A stretch of DNA of 64,000 nucleotides from Gordius albopunctatus (taxonomy: Eukaryota): the NCBI GenBank assembly GCA_964276515.1, contig OZ193909.1:19158001-19222000 (forward strand), read 5' to 3'. The stretch's first letter is position 1. Each line of letters starts with the position of its first letter. A program made the position numbers and the translations under genes. Shown piece by piece: positions 49,801 through 64,000 of the stretch. The notes beneath the pieces were generated by a model. The model was not told where the DNA came from and did no database searches. It worked only from the letters and a program-made list of their open reading frames with translations.

Positions 49801-51690
49801 AACTCGGGCCTTCGACCCTCGTGGGAAGGGGGAAGGGGGAAGGGGGAAAGGGAGGAGGGGAAGGAAGGGGGAACTCATCTACACTCCGTATAAATGTATC
49901 ATATTTGCTATGCAATTTATGGAAATACTTACGTGAATATTGCAAAACGAAGGTTGGAAGCACTAAATAAGTGTATATGCCAAATATCATAAAGGGGGAG
50001 AGAGGGAGCGAAGGGGAAGCTTTATGGTTAGTTAAATTCAACGGGAGTTGTATTACCAAAAAGTCATAATAGCAATGGTAGGAACAGGAACAATCATAAT
50101 AGTCAAAAAAACGAAAAAATAAACTCGGATACACATTTTGGCCAATGGTCATTTTTTTTCCATTGGTCAGCAGCCAGGACACGGTAAAAGTGGATATAAA
50201 TTCATAACAGTCAAAAAAAAAACGAAAAAAAAGTTTTCGAATCACATTTTGGCCAATGGTCATTTTATTCCATTGGTCAGCAGCCAGCGGGCGGCCAAAA
50301 AGTCATAATAGCAATGGTAGGAACAGGAACAATCATAATAGTAAAAAAAAACGGAAAAAATAATTTCGAATCACATTTTGGCCAATGGTCATTTTTTTCA
50401 TTGGTCAGCAGCCAGGACACGGTAAAAGTGGATATAAATTCATAACAGTCAAAAAAAAACGAAAAAAAAGTTTTCGAATCACATTTTGGCCAATGGTCAT
50501 TTTATTCCATTGGTCAGCAGCCAGCGGGCGGCCAAAAAGTCATAATAGCAATGGTAGGAACAGGAACAATCATAATAGTAAAAAAAAACGGAAAAAATAA
50601 TTTCGATTCACATTTTGGCCAATGGTCATTTTTTTCCATTGGTCAGCAGCCAGGACACGGTAAAAGTGGATATAAATTCATAACAGTCAAAAAAAAAACG
50701 AAAAAAAAATTTTCGAATCACATTTTGGCCAATGGTCATTTTATTCCATTGGTCAGCAGCCAGCGGACGGCCAAAAAGTCATAATAGCAATGGTAGGAAC
50801 AGGAACAATCATAATATTCAAAAAAAACGAAAAAATAAACTCGGATACACATTTTGGCCAATGGTCATTTTTTTCATTGGTCAGCAGCCAGCGGACGGCC
50901 AAAAAGTCTTATTATCATTGATAGTAACAAGAACAATCATAAGAGTCAAAAAAAACTCCGGGATTCTAACCCAAAAACTAGATAAATTGCATAGCAATTA
51001 TTAAAAAGTATAGGGTAATTATCAATGTTAACCTATTCAAAAACGAACAAAAAATTTTGATTTATTTGGCCAATGGTAATTTTTTTCAATTATCAATGTT
51101 AACTTATTCAAAAAGGAAAAAGGAAAAATTAGGATTTATTTGGCCAATGTTCATTTTTTCATTGGTCAGTAGCCAGCGGACGGTCAAAAAGTCATATTAT
51201 CAATGGTATTAACAAGAACAATATATTAATTTAATTTAAAAAAAAATAAAAATTTTTGTCCTCTCCGGGTCTCGAACCATCAATTTAGAACGTTCGCAGG
51301 GATTCAAACCCACATTAAATAGAGGCATAAGCCTTTGGAGGGGAACAGGGAACCATATAAATAGAGCCATAGGCCCTTGTAGGGGACGGCATAGGGTAAT
51401 TATCAATGTTAAACTATTCAAAAACGAAAAATTAAAAATTTCGATTTATCTGGCCAGTGGTCATTTTTTCATTGGTCAGTAGCCTGCGGACGGTCAAAAA
51501 GTCATATTATCAATGGTATTAACAAGAAAAAAATATTAATTTAATTTAAAAAAAAAAAAAAAAATTTTGTCCTCTCCGGGTCTCGAACCCGCAACCTCCA
51601 GGTCGGGAAGCTGGTGTAAATAACTTGGTAGACGGACGGACGGACGGACGGACAACCAAAAACGAGCCCATAAATTGCATAGCAATTAAT
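49801..51690 (-). mobile_element. HINE/DINE-like element, copy D, with expanded central tandem repeats
   Basis: Same termini as copies A and B; (GGAC)n at ~51630-51653; an internal extra subterminal repeat at ~50984; flanked by AAAT runs. Confidence 0.75.
50058..50920. repeat. ~238-240 bp tandem repeat (about 3.6 units), each a dimer of ~120-bp subunits
   Basis: AAGTCATAATAGCAATGGTAGGAACAGG recurs at ~50061, 50300, 50537 and 50776. Each half contains CACATTTTGGCCAATGGTCATTT..CATTGGTCAGCAGCCAG. Confidence 0.92.
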
Positions 51691-53034
51691 AAATAAATAA
51701 ATAAATAAATAAATTATTAAATAAATAAATTTACCGTGCCACATTTTAAACCATCAATTACATTAGCCTGTTCCGAACACAGGCGCGTAAATATGGGTAA
51801 TATTTGTTCACTAAACGAACACCTATGCATATTAATTATATATACCAAAACTAGTAATCCAACTCTCAAAAATAACAATTTTTTTTAAAAACATTATACA
51901 TAATTTAAGTTTTTTATTAAAAATACAAATAAATAAATATCAAATATCAGGAAAATTATCAAGAATTGTACTTTAAACGATAATATAGCACGGCAAATTT
52001 AGGATGTGTAGTAATTGCCTCATTCAAACTGTTTGAACTTAGCCGTGGAATAGAATATTCATTTTGTTGAAACGATATATTAATTATAATTGATAATAAA
52101 ACAAGTATTTTCATAAATGTTTGTATAAATAAAATATTTGGGATTTTAAGTATGAATTTTCAATTTTTTTAGGTCAAAACCGAAGGGCTGGATCTAAGAT
52201 CCTTGTATGTTTATTCTATTGCCGCCTGATTGATAGCGTTTATTTATTTAGCCGTTTTTAGATTTACGGAGTGATAAATATAATGCGATTATTTGCTTTA
52301 TGGACCAAATGATATATGCCAGTAAATTATTTTACGAGTCGGAAAATTTATTAATAATGAAAGAAATATTAATAATCATTTAAAAGTTTAATAGCTTTAA
52401 GCTTTCATAAAACAAAAATAATAGAAGTTTAGAAATTTTATTTGGCAATTAGGATGCCAATTTTTGCTTAGGCAAAAGAAAAATATTTGGAAATCGAACA
52501 ACTTCTGCCGATTTTTTAAGAATGTTAATAGCCCTGCCATTAATTATCCAAAGACATTACTTTGAATTTTAGTCAGTTTTAATCAAAGTTATTGGCAATT
52601 ATTAAAGTGAATTTAAATCATGTACAAGCAATATTTATGACATGAGGCACATTAATTTTAGGTTATTAGGGTTTCTAAATAATTAAGCCGTTTGCCATTA
52701 TGATTATTTTTAAAATTGATTATTTGTAGTATAATTTTAGTCTTACAAAAATTTATCAAGTTCAATATTTTTAAGTCAAAACATATCCAAAATTTTTATT
52801 GAGACGAGACCGAGATATTTTTAAGCCAAGACGAGATAAAGATTCTAATAATCGGATCCGATGAAAGATTTCAAGACGAAATTGAACCGCTAAGGAAAAT
52901 CGTTTAATTTTTGTGAGCTCGATTTAATTGAAGTTTTACACAGGTTTAAAATTATTAACTTTGTAATTATATCCCGCAATCAGACCAATAAATCTGATAG
53001 AAATATGACGCTTACCAATAACATGTTTTTAGTT

Positions 53035-53610
53035 TTTCACAAAACCTTCAGTTTTTAGATAAACCAGGCTGAAGGTGTTAAAAAATGGCCATTTAACCTT
53101 TTTTGAGCTTATATTTTCATGACATTTTTAATTTATACTAAAAAATCTTAATTTATTCCCTTAACTGAAAGTTTATCTTCAGTTCCATTTTACTGTTTTG
53201 TTTCACCTCTATATTTAAATTTAATCGCGTTCACTTGGACCCCTTCCCCTTATCAAAATTCGCCCCGCTAGGTCTGACATTAAAGTAGTACTTACTACAT
53301 ACGCAATGTTTGCTACCACATCAATATCTTTCTTTCTCTTTCTTTTTTTCTTCCACTCCTGCCCCCATATCAACGCAGCATACGTGAAGTTATGCGCTCG
53401 AATTTTGATAAGGGGTTCATGTAAACGCAAATATTTAAGCATAGGGGTTAAAAAATAAAATTATGGATTTATAGAAGAGTCCTTAATCTACAGAAATATA
53501 TTAATAATTTTCATTATTGATTAAAAATGCGGCGGGAACGTTAAAAAATTTAAAATTACAATTTTTGCAACTTCAACCTTGTTCATCTAAAAACTGAAGG
53601 TTTTAGAAAG
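53035..53610. repeat. Long imperfect inverted repeat, probably a non-autonomous DNA transposon
   Basis: AAAACCTTCAGTTTTTAGAT (53041) is the reverse complement of ATCTAAAAACTGAAGGTTTT (~53586); similarity extends on both sides. Confidence 0.55.
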
Positions 53611-54364
53611 AAATAAAAAATATTGTTGTTCAGGATATATTTTTGTAGACCTGTTTTATTCTTGGTTAACTAATATTTGACAGAATTGATGTAGCACTTC
53701 GAATGTAATAACATACTGAGATTAGAAACTTGGAAAATTGGACGATATTATTTTCGAGTTATGATCTTAATGCAAAACGCCTATGGTCCTGTCCCGACCT
53801 TAGACTAAATCCTCACCCTGACTATTACTAAGGGTATTATCATATTCATAGAAACTTAAAAATGAATTAAAGATAATTTACATTGCTATGTCACCTTGTT
53901 TAATTTAAATAATTAAAATTAGAATAATATTAAATCCATAAAGAGATCATTGATTTGCAAAAAAGAAGCGAAAATAAAAAATATTAATAATTTAACGAGA
54001 AAGTTAGGGTCTTTTTCTTACTAAGAGTCATAAAACCAACCTAAACAAACTTTTTAGCCTTAAATATTTATATACCTATTTCAGTTTGTTTAAGTTAACT
54101 AATGCGAATTAATATTTTTGAAATATTACTCGTGAATATTAATTTTAAAATTAAATGTTTTTTATTCCATATAAGTTTTTATAAAATTTCAAACGTAATT
54201 GTAATATCATAGACTAATTAGTCTATGTCCATTATATTACTATAATAATTAAGACAATTCCTTTGTAACCACTTATTGTGTGCCAACAGCTGACTTTATA
54301 AACATTGGCATTTTTTCGTAAAAACATATGATTTCGGCCCCTGCAAAGGGAATAGGAGATTTTT

Positions 54365-57300
54365 ATGGATAGGTTCAATAGTCATGTTATAATTGAAAGG
54401 GACAATCAATATACAGTATTAACAAAAGATCCTATTAACCTAATAGCTTTTGGAGATGGCTACACATCCTTAGTATCTAAAAATCGTTTTGTATACTCGT
54501 TTGGTAAGAATGATTATGGGCAATTAGGTGCAAGAAATGACATAAAATATAGAAAGAGCTTAATACTATCATATGAGACAAAAATTGATATTGTCAAAAT
54601 AGTTTGTGGATTAAGACACACCCTAATATTAACATATGATGGTAACATAATTACCTGGGGTGATTCTACATTGGGGCAATGTGGATTTGGTCAATCTGAA
54701 CTTGTTTGCTATCCAAAAAGACTTAATAATTATTCCAAATCAAATTCTGATCAAATATATATTGATATAAGTGTTGGTCCCAATTATTCCTTAGCATTAA
54801 CAAACACTAAAATCATCTTATTTTGGGGATCCTATGGCAAAAACTGTAGTTATGTTCCTGAATTATTATTCAAAACTGATGAATCACATACTTCACCTTA
54901 TGCGCTTGTATCTTTTGACAGTTTTGTTCAGTCGCTATCTACAATAGCTTGTCCTAAATGTTATGAAAACAAGAATATAAACTTGCAAAAATTAAAGATA
55001 TTGGGTAACAATGAGTCCTTGTGTTGTTTTTGCAATAAAACCATCGACAAAACCTCTGACTTAACAAATAAAACCAATAACAACAATATTAGTATATTGG
55101 ATTGTTCAAATTTATGTTTCACAAAATGTATATGTCATCTAACTCAGTTAAGGGTTTGGGAAATAAATCAGAAATCAAATAAATTTGAGGCTAACATGTA
55201 AGTTTTAATAAATTTTCCCTATATTTTTAAAAATATATAGCACCTTGCAATCACTATATTTGAATGATTCATTTTTATATATGGGTATGATCAATAATCT
55301 AAGCATTGGCTTAGGAATGTATGGACTTTTATACATTTGGCAATTTGAAAAGGATGCCAAAAAGCCAATTGTCTTTAAGGTAATGAAACAAGTTAAAGAA
55401 AAAGGATTTTATTTATTTTTTATTTTCAATAATATAATAGCTGTTCTAATATAATTAATAGTTTTTAGATTATCATGTATGGGATTTATGTCTAACAAAG
55501 GAAAAGATATGGTTATCCACCATTGATTGTTCCAAAATGTCAAACATATGCTTATTGTCAATTGATTCAAACACATTAATTGACCATATAATAAACAATA
55601 AGGCAGATGTGAATGCTGTTTTACCATTACAATTTAGTAATATCCCTACTGCTCAATACCATAATGAGGTAAAACTTAATTTTATATATCTAAACACTTA
55701 TTTCTTAATAATTGTAAATATTTTTTAAACTTTTATTTTGTATAATTTAACATCTGTCAAACAATTATTATTCCCCAGCATTATGTTTAGTGTTTAAATT
55801 TAGTTTTTTAAACCAAATAAGCTCTAAATTACCAAATATTTGTTTAAATTGAATTGCATATATAACTTTTTAATAAAGTGTATTTAATAAATATATAGGG
55901 TGGTAGAGGTTTTAAACATTTTTTAACGAATTAAAATTTTATATTTTCTTGCTTAATTACCATTTTAAATATTTAAGTATGTAAATATATTTATTTTTTG
56001 CTATTATTTTTTATGTATGTATGTTTTATTGTTAATTTAGTTTGGAATCCCTTGTGCATATGTGTACCAAAACAATAAATTGGGCATCATAACTCACACA
56101 GTAGTAGAAGAAAAAGAAAAATGTAAAACAAACACCTTAAGCTATAAATTATGGGATGAGCATATACATACATTTGTGGAGCTTGAAATTCTTGCATTGA
56201 CCTTAAATTCATTCCAAACACATTGCTTTCATACCACATCACTAGGTTATTAAAATGCTTTATTGATTTAAGATTATTGATTAAATTTTTCATTATTTTA
56301 TTTAAAAAATCTTTATAATTTGGAAAACTATAAATACAAAACTAGAAAATTAAGGGGTTTATACGAAAACATGTATGATTTTTATATAAAATATTCATAT
56401 ATTTATAATAATTCAATGAATTTAATTTCAAATTTAAACTAATATAAGCTTACATTTTTTCTTAGTTTACATTTATTTAGTTTTATTATTTTGATAACAA
56501 AAATATAGCTGGGATGTGATTAATTAAACAAATGTTACACCTTAAAAATCATAATTAGGAATAAACTTGTTGATAATATTTTATATGAGAATAGCATGGT
56601 GAATAAAATTTAATAATTTGTGATTTTCATATTTGTTATCCAGCTTTCAAAGATGATATAGAAGACAAGGGTAAAACATTCCAAAAATTTGGGCAAAATA
56701 GTCCTGATGTTTCTTTGTTATTTACTCTTTTATGTCAAAAACTAGCCCTTTTATTAGACTCTAATACAAAGATAGCTTTACGTAAGTACATATATTAATA
56801 TTAAAATGTTTAATTTCTAGGTTTAATTGTAAAAAATTAATTGCATAAAATTAAATATTTACAGTAAGAAACATCATATTTGTTTTTGTAATTAAATTGT
56901 TTGTTTATAGCAGAAAGATTAAAAAAGTTGTTTTTAAACAATTCCTAAGTCATTGATAGTTTATTAGCACATGTAATAAAGAAAATTACATTTATATATG
57001 AAAAATATAAAATAGAATTAATATATTGATTTGCTGCGTGTTAAATATACAAAATAATGTCACGGGGTAAAAAACGCAGAAGATTTAATACTTCTTTTGT
57101 TATAATAATAATTCACGTGATTAGATAAAGAACGCAGACGTTCTCTTAATTTAATTCACATTCTTTTTTTCCACGTTCATCTATCCACCAACATTCGTTC
57201 ATTTACTCGCTTAATATCTTCTTTATCAAGTATTGGGTCCCACAGTCGTAGCGTTTGTTTTAATTAGTTTCTCCCATTTTAATCGGATAAGAACGATGTC

Positions 57301-60300
57301 TAAAAAATATTTAAAAAAACGCGCTATAACTAAACGGATGGCATTGATCCGTGTATGGAAATCGTGTTGGATTTAACGATTTACATTGTGATCTTTTGCC
57401 CGATAAAAAAGTATTCTTTCAAATCTAAAGAGACGCTGGAGATCGCTTTTCCAATTTGTTTCAGGAGAGCGAGAGCTTCAACGCCTAAATTTCCAATTGT
57501 GGATTAATGCCATCCGTTTAGTTATAGCGCGTTTTTTAAAAATATTTTTTAGTCGTGTATGTAATTTTTTTTGAGAACGATGTCTTAATTGATTTTCTTA
57601 GCATTCATAGCTGTCCACTTGCCCTTTACGCGTGACACGATGTCGTCCTCTTCCCCGGTACCTCCATGTCCAGTATTTTTTTACATCATTCATCTCCCTT
57701 CTTAGTATATGCTCATACCACCTGATTTTCGTTTATCTAGTTCGTCATAGGTTGAACGCCCATTTTTTCCATGAGAAAGTCATTCGTCATATGGTCGAGC
57801 TTAGTATACCCCAAGCTTCACCGTAATTCTCATCTCTATGGCTTGTAAAAGCTTTTCTTCCGTGGTGTTTAATGCCCATGTTTCACTTCCATAGAGTAAC
57901 ACCGGTCTTACGAAGGATTTGTATGCTTTGCTCTTCAAGCATATTGGCATTTCTTGTCGCACATTGCTCCGTATATACTTCGCCATTTAAGCCATCCTTT
58001 TTGACTTCGGTCATTGACATCAGTTGCGCAACCTCCCCCTTGATGTAATATCAGGCCGAGGTATGTAAACCTGTCTACTTTTGGGTATTTTAGATGTTTA
58101 TCTAGCGATTGTGTGCCTATAACATAAATCTCCATGTATATCGTTTTTTAATCGTTGATTTTTAAACTATATTCAGCTAAGCGCTTTGACCATTTTTCGG
58201 TTTCTTTGAATACTTTTTTCTTTGACTCTTCATTCCATCTGAGCCATTAGCTTATTTTTTACATTTTGTTCATTTGTGTCCTAACTTCATCCTCCTGAAA
58301 GACTACGCCCATACTTGTGTTTACCTCAATATCGGGAAGAGAATCTTTGTCATTTGCAATTTCCTTGAAAGATTCTTTCTGCCTTTGAATAAGGTTGAAC
58401 CCTTCTCGTATCTGACTATTTTAATGACTCCGACATCGCGACTTTTCTCCTCCCCTATCTTGGTCAATTTGTACCAGAGAACGGGCCGGGTCGGGCAACT
58501 GTCGTAAATTTTAACTATCGGGGGGCTTGAGCGGGCACCTTAACAAGATTCGGGCAATTCGGTCTCAATTTTGTTTTTAAAATAATGCATTATATTGTTT
58601 TTTGTATGTTTTGCCACTTTTTAAATTGATTTCATAATGTTTGTTAATCCTAGTTCTCATTAAAAAAAATCAAAAATTAAGATAAAATTTTTAAAAAATA
58701 TAACGATATTAGTGCTAAAAGTTTCAAAACACACCATTTCGGACCGGGCAGTTCGGGGAGCTGGGATAATTCGGGCATTGTCGGGCGGACACATAGAAGG
58801 GTTCGGGCGGGAAGATTAATTATAATATCGGGCCGGGCCGGGTTCGGGCAGAAAAATTCTAACAAATCTGACCTCTGATTTGTGCATAAGCCTGTCACAC
58901 TTCGCCGTTATTGCAACGGCCTTTTTCGCGGCTTTCCCCGTGCTCTTGATAATCCTCCGATTGTTCTATCTCTCTATGAAATCTCTAACCGATTGATCCC
59001 ACCACCACAGTTCCCTATTCATAGCTTTGCCTCCTTTGATCTGTCCAAAAACTCTAATCGCTGTTTCCCTTAGGTCCTTAGTTAGCCCCTTGCAACTTCC
59101 TTGCACCCAAGAGTGAGGAGGCTTTCGGATGTATTTATCGTTGGGTAAGGTATCCTTTAGCGTTTCGTATCGAATACGAACTTCATAAACTTTCCTCCTT
59201 CCGGAAATATTCTATCAAGATCCATAACAAGGAGAGGATTTTTATATCTACCCTTTTACTATAACTCAATAAATTTAATTATTAAAAACTCAAAAGATTA
59301 AATTATAAAAGTATATAAGAAATCGAATAACGTGTTTATCAAGTTTTTTTAATATATAATTGCTCATCCTTTTACATACATAACATGTATATTATTAAAT
59401 TGTGTATTTTTTGTAGTATTTCGTGATGTCATAAATTCGCAACCTAATATCCACGAATTTGTACAAATCTTTATCGAATCATCCACGCTAAACGAATTGT
59501 ATAATATCACTCGTGATGTCATAGAGCATCTATGCAATTTTGTGGTCAGCACTTACAACATCAACCCTGAACTTAATATGATGGAAAAGTGATTTTACTC
59601 TTTTCATTTTGTGTTTATCTCAATAACGAAATTTACGGTCATGGAGTCAAAATATTGTAAATTTTTCAAGAGTTTTCGTTTTTTAAAAAAATATTAGTTT
59701 TATACCTCTGCCTAAGCACACTAACTTTTGAATTGAGCTTAAATATAACTTCATTTAATAATCCTTACAATTTTTGTTTTTATTGTTTAAATTGGTATCG
59801 TAATTGAATTACGTTGAGAAATATGAATAAAATATATTTGGCAAAATCTCTTGATTTTATGTTAAAGTTAAATATATGCTTTTTATTTCATGGGAAAACA
59901 GATTTACTGAAGGATTGCCACAGCTGATTAGATCTTATGTCGGGATAGAGGAATTTGATAAAACCGAACCATTAAATGTTTTTACTTCGGTTACGCTCGG
60001 TATCGTAAGCAAAGCGATATCGGTTATCTTGAATTTCATCAATCACCTCAATGAAGCTTTTGAGATGGAACCATTGTTCTTTGAAATTTCGGAAGGACAG
60101 AAGGTTAAAAATTTATAAAATTGTTTTTAGAAAGTTAAATTATAGGAGTGTTTGTAAGTTTATGTATTATATAACGGAGAACAAATTGTTGTGTTCAGTA
60201 TTTAATTCAATTTTTTCTCAGTAGAATAATCAAATGCTCAGTAAATAATTTAATGTTCAGTAATTTAATTATTTTCTCAGTAATTAATTCATTTGTTCAG

Positions 60301-63300
60301 TAAATTTTTGCTCAGTAACTGCTATTTTTTACAATTGTCATTCAAAAATGTGTTATACAGGTATGAAATTATAATACTGAGTTAAATATCATTATATTAT
60401 TCATTTTATAAATTTTTGATTATTAAATATTTTTTTTATTTTTTGTCTAAGACGGTTAAAGATGTGAATCGGAAGATATTAAAAGAAAGCAAAGAGAGTT
60501 GGGAAAAGATACGATCTCATTTACAGAACGAACATGAAAGTGCCTCGAATACTTGCATTTTTTGGAAGGGTGCAAGTTTTTGCCTACAAGTTAGTTTGCA
60601 TGTTTTATATTTAATTTTTTTATTTATTAAATTAACGAACTGTAGTAATAGCTGTTTATTTAATCATAAAAAAGAAGGTTTAACTTCGAATTCTTATATT
60701 TAAACATTTTCCCATTAAAATTTTAGAATCTAATATTCTCTAAAAATTGGGAGGGCATTTTTTATTAAAATTTGGGTATTAAAATTAAATTGTAATGTTT
60801 TTGCACAACTTTTCATAAACCATAGAATAGATAGATTGATTGTGCGAAAACACTTTAATGTTGTAATTGCTTATGAGTTCACCTTGTAAAACTTTTTAAG
60901 GCCAGAAACTCTCAGGAGCGATTTTATTATTAAAGGTAATGTTTACTAATCACTATTTTATAATAATTATTTTTTATTTTTTCAATTAAAATCGTCATAC
61001 CTTTAATACGTATTTTACAATATCTTACCATAATTTAAATTTTCCATAGATTTTTACATTATGAAAATTGCATTTTTTTGTTGTTAGGAAAATTTATATC
61101 ACCCCTCCAGACGTTTTATCATTGGGAGTAAATCGGATAGTGCAGCTCAGGGAGAAGGGCTTAACATGGGCTCTTTGACGGGCTCTGTCTCTTCCCTTTA
61201 TAACTTTTTGAGGGGCGGCCGTTCCTCGGGAAGCTCCCCTCCAATCAGCTGTTTAGCTGGCGCCGAGGAAGACCGTCAACCTACTACCTCTAGGTCCGAA
61301 AGTCGAAACTCGCCAAGTCGAAATTTAAAAATATATTCCCCATCTGCCGCCTCTAAATTGATGGGTAACTACCTATTCAATCCCGTCTATTACCTCTTCA
61401 ACGATAAATTCGTCTCCTTTCATCCGGTGTGTTAATTATTTAATTATTGATTAATTTTGTTATTTAATGATTTATTAATTTTTTGAATAGCCCACAACGA
61501 TTAAAAGTTACGACTTATTGACTTTGTGGCTTCAACCGCTAGAGGAAGGTTCGCTTAACTTTACCCTGAAAACTCCTGAAGAATTTATCAAGGTTACGGC
61601 CACTTCACAAGAAGCCAAGGTAATTACATTAAAATTAGTTAAAATTCCTTATTACATCGCAAATATTTTAGGATCTGCTTTCAAAATAATTTTTAGGTTC
61701 ATTACATCTATAATCTATTACAATCTCGTATCATGGATCGATTCTTGCATTATAATTTGAACTTTTAATTTTAATAAAAAAGATTTATTTATTTCGATTA
61801 ACAGACATATATGCTTAAGTATGAGTAGAAAAAGCGCCAACTGGTAATACTCCTGCAATATCTTAGTTTACCAACGCATACATTTACAAAAATAAAAAGC
61901 TTCATATTAATGAATTTAAATGCTTAATATTATTTTTCGGTCGCGGCAGTCGATTTGGGTTCGCGCCATTAATCGAGCCACTCGAAATTTGATTTTGCGC
62001 CAATCATCGGTTCCCGCCGTGTCGCCACGAATCGAATGGGCGACGGCGAAGGCGTTTCCTTCGAGATGGCGCCAATTTCTGGCCTCACTCCCCGCGACCA
62101 CTTTATCTTACCCCTCAGAATTGGGTGATCAGGGTCAGGGCAGTCATGCCCCCGAAATCCGGCACGCTGGCTATACCTTTACCAAGGACAAAGTCGTTTT
62201 TTACGTCGATGTAACGAATGGCACTTTGAATTCGCCGATCCCGGATCAGCTGTTTGTAACGAACCTAGAAGGTGCCACCTATCGGGGTGCCTGGCTCAAT
62301 GGCATGATGCACGGGAGGTGTGTTGTTGTGTTTTAATTTGTTTTTGAGTTAGCAGTTATCCATTTATTCGATAAGATTGGAAACTATCAGAGGCACATAT
62401 GTTTACATTCTTAGGCCCCCACCCGGCCCGGTTCGAATTTATAAATTTATTGCACCCCCCCTCTCGAACTCCTATATAGGGCTACCTGAACTGTCAGGTC
62501 CTAAAAGGATTTTTTAAATTCAAAAATTTTTAATTTAATTTTCGATTTGTTTGGATAAGATCTACTATTAATAACCATTGTTCGATCAATTAAAAAGGAT
62601 AAAAGAGTGCATTAAAACAAAAATATGTTATATAAAAAAATCTTAAGTCCGAATCACTCGAATCCTGTGGTGCCCTTCCTAGTCCGACCGATTGAATTTA
62701 TGACAATTGCTCGGCGGTTGGACGGGCAGCGGGTCGATCGGGCTTTTCTGCCTTTTGGAACCTATTACCAAAATTTTTGGAATGGCTTGCTCCCACTCTT
62801 ATACGGATTATACAATAGACTGGTTAACAGCTGATATTTACATTAAAATTTATTTGGTAAAAATCACCATTTTAGGTCAGGTTTTTTCAATACGCGCACT
62901 TGTCCGTTAAAAGTTATGAAGGATAGACTAAGGAAAACGCCAATGGATTATTTTTCCATGCGCGTGAGTTTACCATTCATTTACTCAGCAAATTGAGTAT
63001 AGTGTTTGGCTCGGTAAAAACATGATGCCTCTAACGTGCTGCCTGCTCACTATTGTTTCAGCAAGTTAAAAAATTTTTGGTCTTTTTTTCTCCGTCGCAT
63101 AAATACACCAAAGATTTGACCATCAAACCTTTGGTCGTCTCGCCGTTTTCACAAAACTATGGCCTACGCCCTTACATAATATTCATCAGCTGTTCGCCGG
63201 CCTATTGAGTTCCAAGTCTAAGACCCCACCTAACCATCGAACTGTAATTAAATATATCATTATTCTTATTATTATGGGACAGAGGGCGACTCGTGTTCAA

Positions 63301-64000
63301 GGACAGCAAGAAGTACGGTGGACAATTCAAGCAAAACGCTTTCAATGGTTTAGGCACTCTCAAAATTCCCTCCCATTCCTCCTCCTCCTCCCAGGTTATT
63401 GATCTACCCCTTTTTTCCATAACAAATTTTTATATAAACCAGCAGCTAATTCAAGGCTCATAGACTAATTACACAATATACACTGGCAAACATCTGGCCC
63501 TCATGTTTGTTGAATATACATTTTGTTAAATAACACTGGTCAACAAATAGTGGACTTGTGAAATCAACCGGCAAACTGTTTGCAGATTCTGGTAGAGTTT
63601 TTCACGGTGAACACAGATATGTTTTTACGTCAAGTTTTTGAAATATTCGCTGTCAAAGTTGCCAAAAACGCGATTTTAGCGTTTATCAAACGTCAATAAC
63701 TTGCAAATTAGTCGGTAAAAATTTTATTTAATAGATTTAATACGTAGAGATAGTTTTTTATCGTAGCACTTTTACTTTTTAAATTTTATACAAAATTAAT
63801 TATCCCTACTATCTTTTACCCTGACAAATTACACCAGACTTGAGGGCGCCCTCCCTTCTCTTCAACACTGGGAATTAAGTGCGTGTTGTTGTTTGTATTG
63901 TTGTTTATCTACTCTACTACTACTAGAGTTGTTAAATTGCTAACTTTCTTCAACTCCAGCTACCATCTGCTCGAGTTTCTGCTCGGTCCTCGAGCATTTT
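54365..64000 (+). CDS. ALS2: Alsin (ALS2)-like GEF with RCC1-like repeats, DH/PH region and MORN repeats; multi-exon, continues past the right edge
   Basis: RCC1 motifs YSFGKNDYGQLG, IVCGLRHTL, TWGDSTLGQCG and SVGPNYSLAL (54365-55197). Approximate later exons: 55241-55379, 55462-55668, 56041-56245, 56644-56781, 59902-60102, 60451-60589, 61088-61427. PH LWLQP..FTLKTPEE..ATSQEAK (61491-61619). MORN ATYRGAWLNGMMHGR (to 62317) splices in frame to GRLVFKDSKKYGGQFKQNAFNGLG (63283-63394). Confidence 0.8.
57301..57573. mobile_element. Foldback-type insertion with ~50-bp inverted arms
   Basis: 57301-57350 is a near-perfect reverse complement of 57501-57551; flanked by direct repeat AGAACGATGTCT at 57290-57301 and 57574-57585. 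Confidence 0.7.
58475..58877. mobile_element. hAT-type MITE with CGGGC subterminal repeats
   Basis: CAGAG...CTCTG termini; 8-bp TSD ATTTGTAC / ATTTGTGC; splits the RTE relic. Confidence 0.82.
60177..60330 (+). mobile_element. MULE TIR remnant (family of 23936)
   Basis: Begins GAGAACAAATT like the MULE left end and carries TGCTCAGTA repeats. Confidence 0.6.

Larger units (their letters stand above)
57215..59236 (-). mobile_element. Old, internally deleted RTE copy (family of 24193) in an alsin intron
   Basis: KSKAYKSFVRPVLLYGSETWALNTTEEKLLQ and LKYPKVDRFTYLG; interrupted by two younger insertions. Confidence 0.88.

Noticed and set aside
50058..50920. Regular repeats resembling a CRISPR array
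   Set aside because: The intervening segments are themselves repeated rather than unique spacers, the context is eukaryotic, and there are no cas genes.

Overview
AT-rich eukaryotic (metazoan invertebrate-like) genomic DNA with short GT-AG introns; the species cannot be determined from the sequence. Host genes: a divergent M13/neprilysin-family metallopeptidase (minus strand, runs off the left edge), an intronless Olig/bHLHb5-family bHLH gene (36314-37552), tRNA-Thr(AGT) (39294-39367) and an alsin/ALS2-like RCC1-DH-PH-MORN gene (54365 to beyond the right edge). Much of the rest is decayed, often nested transposable elements: CRE-clade non-LTR copies, two Ty3/Gypsy relics and a solo LTR, hAT and Mutator elements, hAT-type MITEs, a Helentron-associated (HINE/DINE-like) family carrying a ~240-bp satellite, and five RTE-clade LINE copies. 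Most notable: two full-length RTE LINEs start, exactly at their TSD-defined first nucleotide, with predicted self-cleaving ribozymes of different classes, a twister (19191-19243) and a non-canonical HDV-like fold (47261-47422). They share a conserved downstream leader hairpin, which suggests modular ribozyme swapping. The ribozyme folds were assigned by manual base-pairing and are untested.
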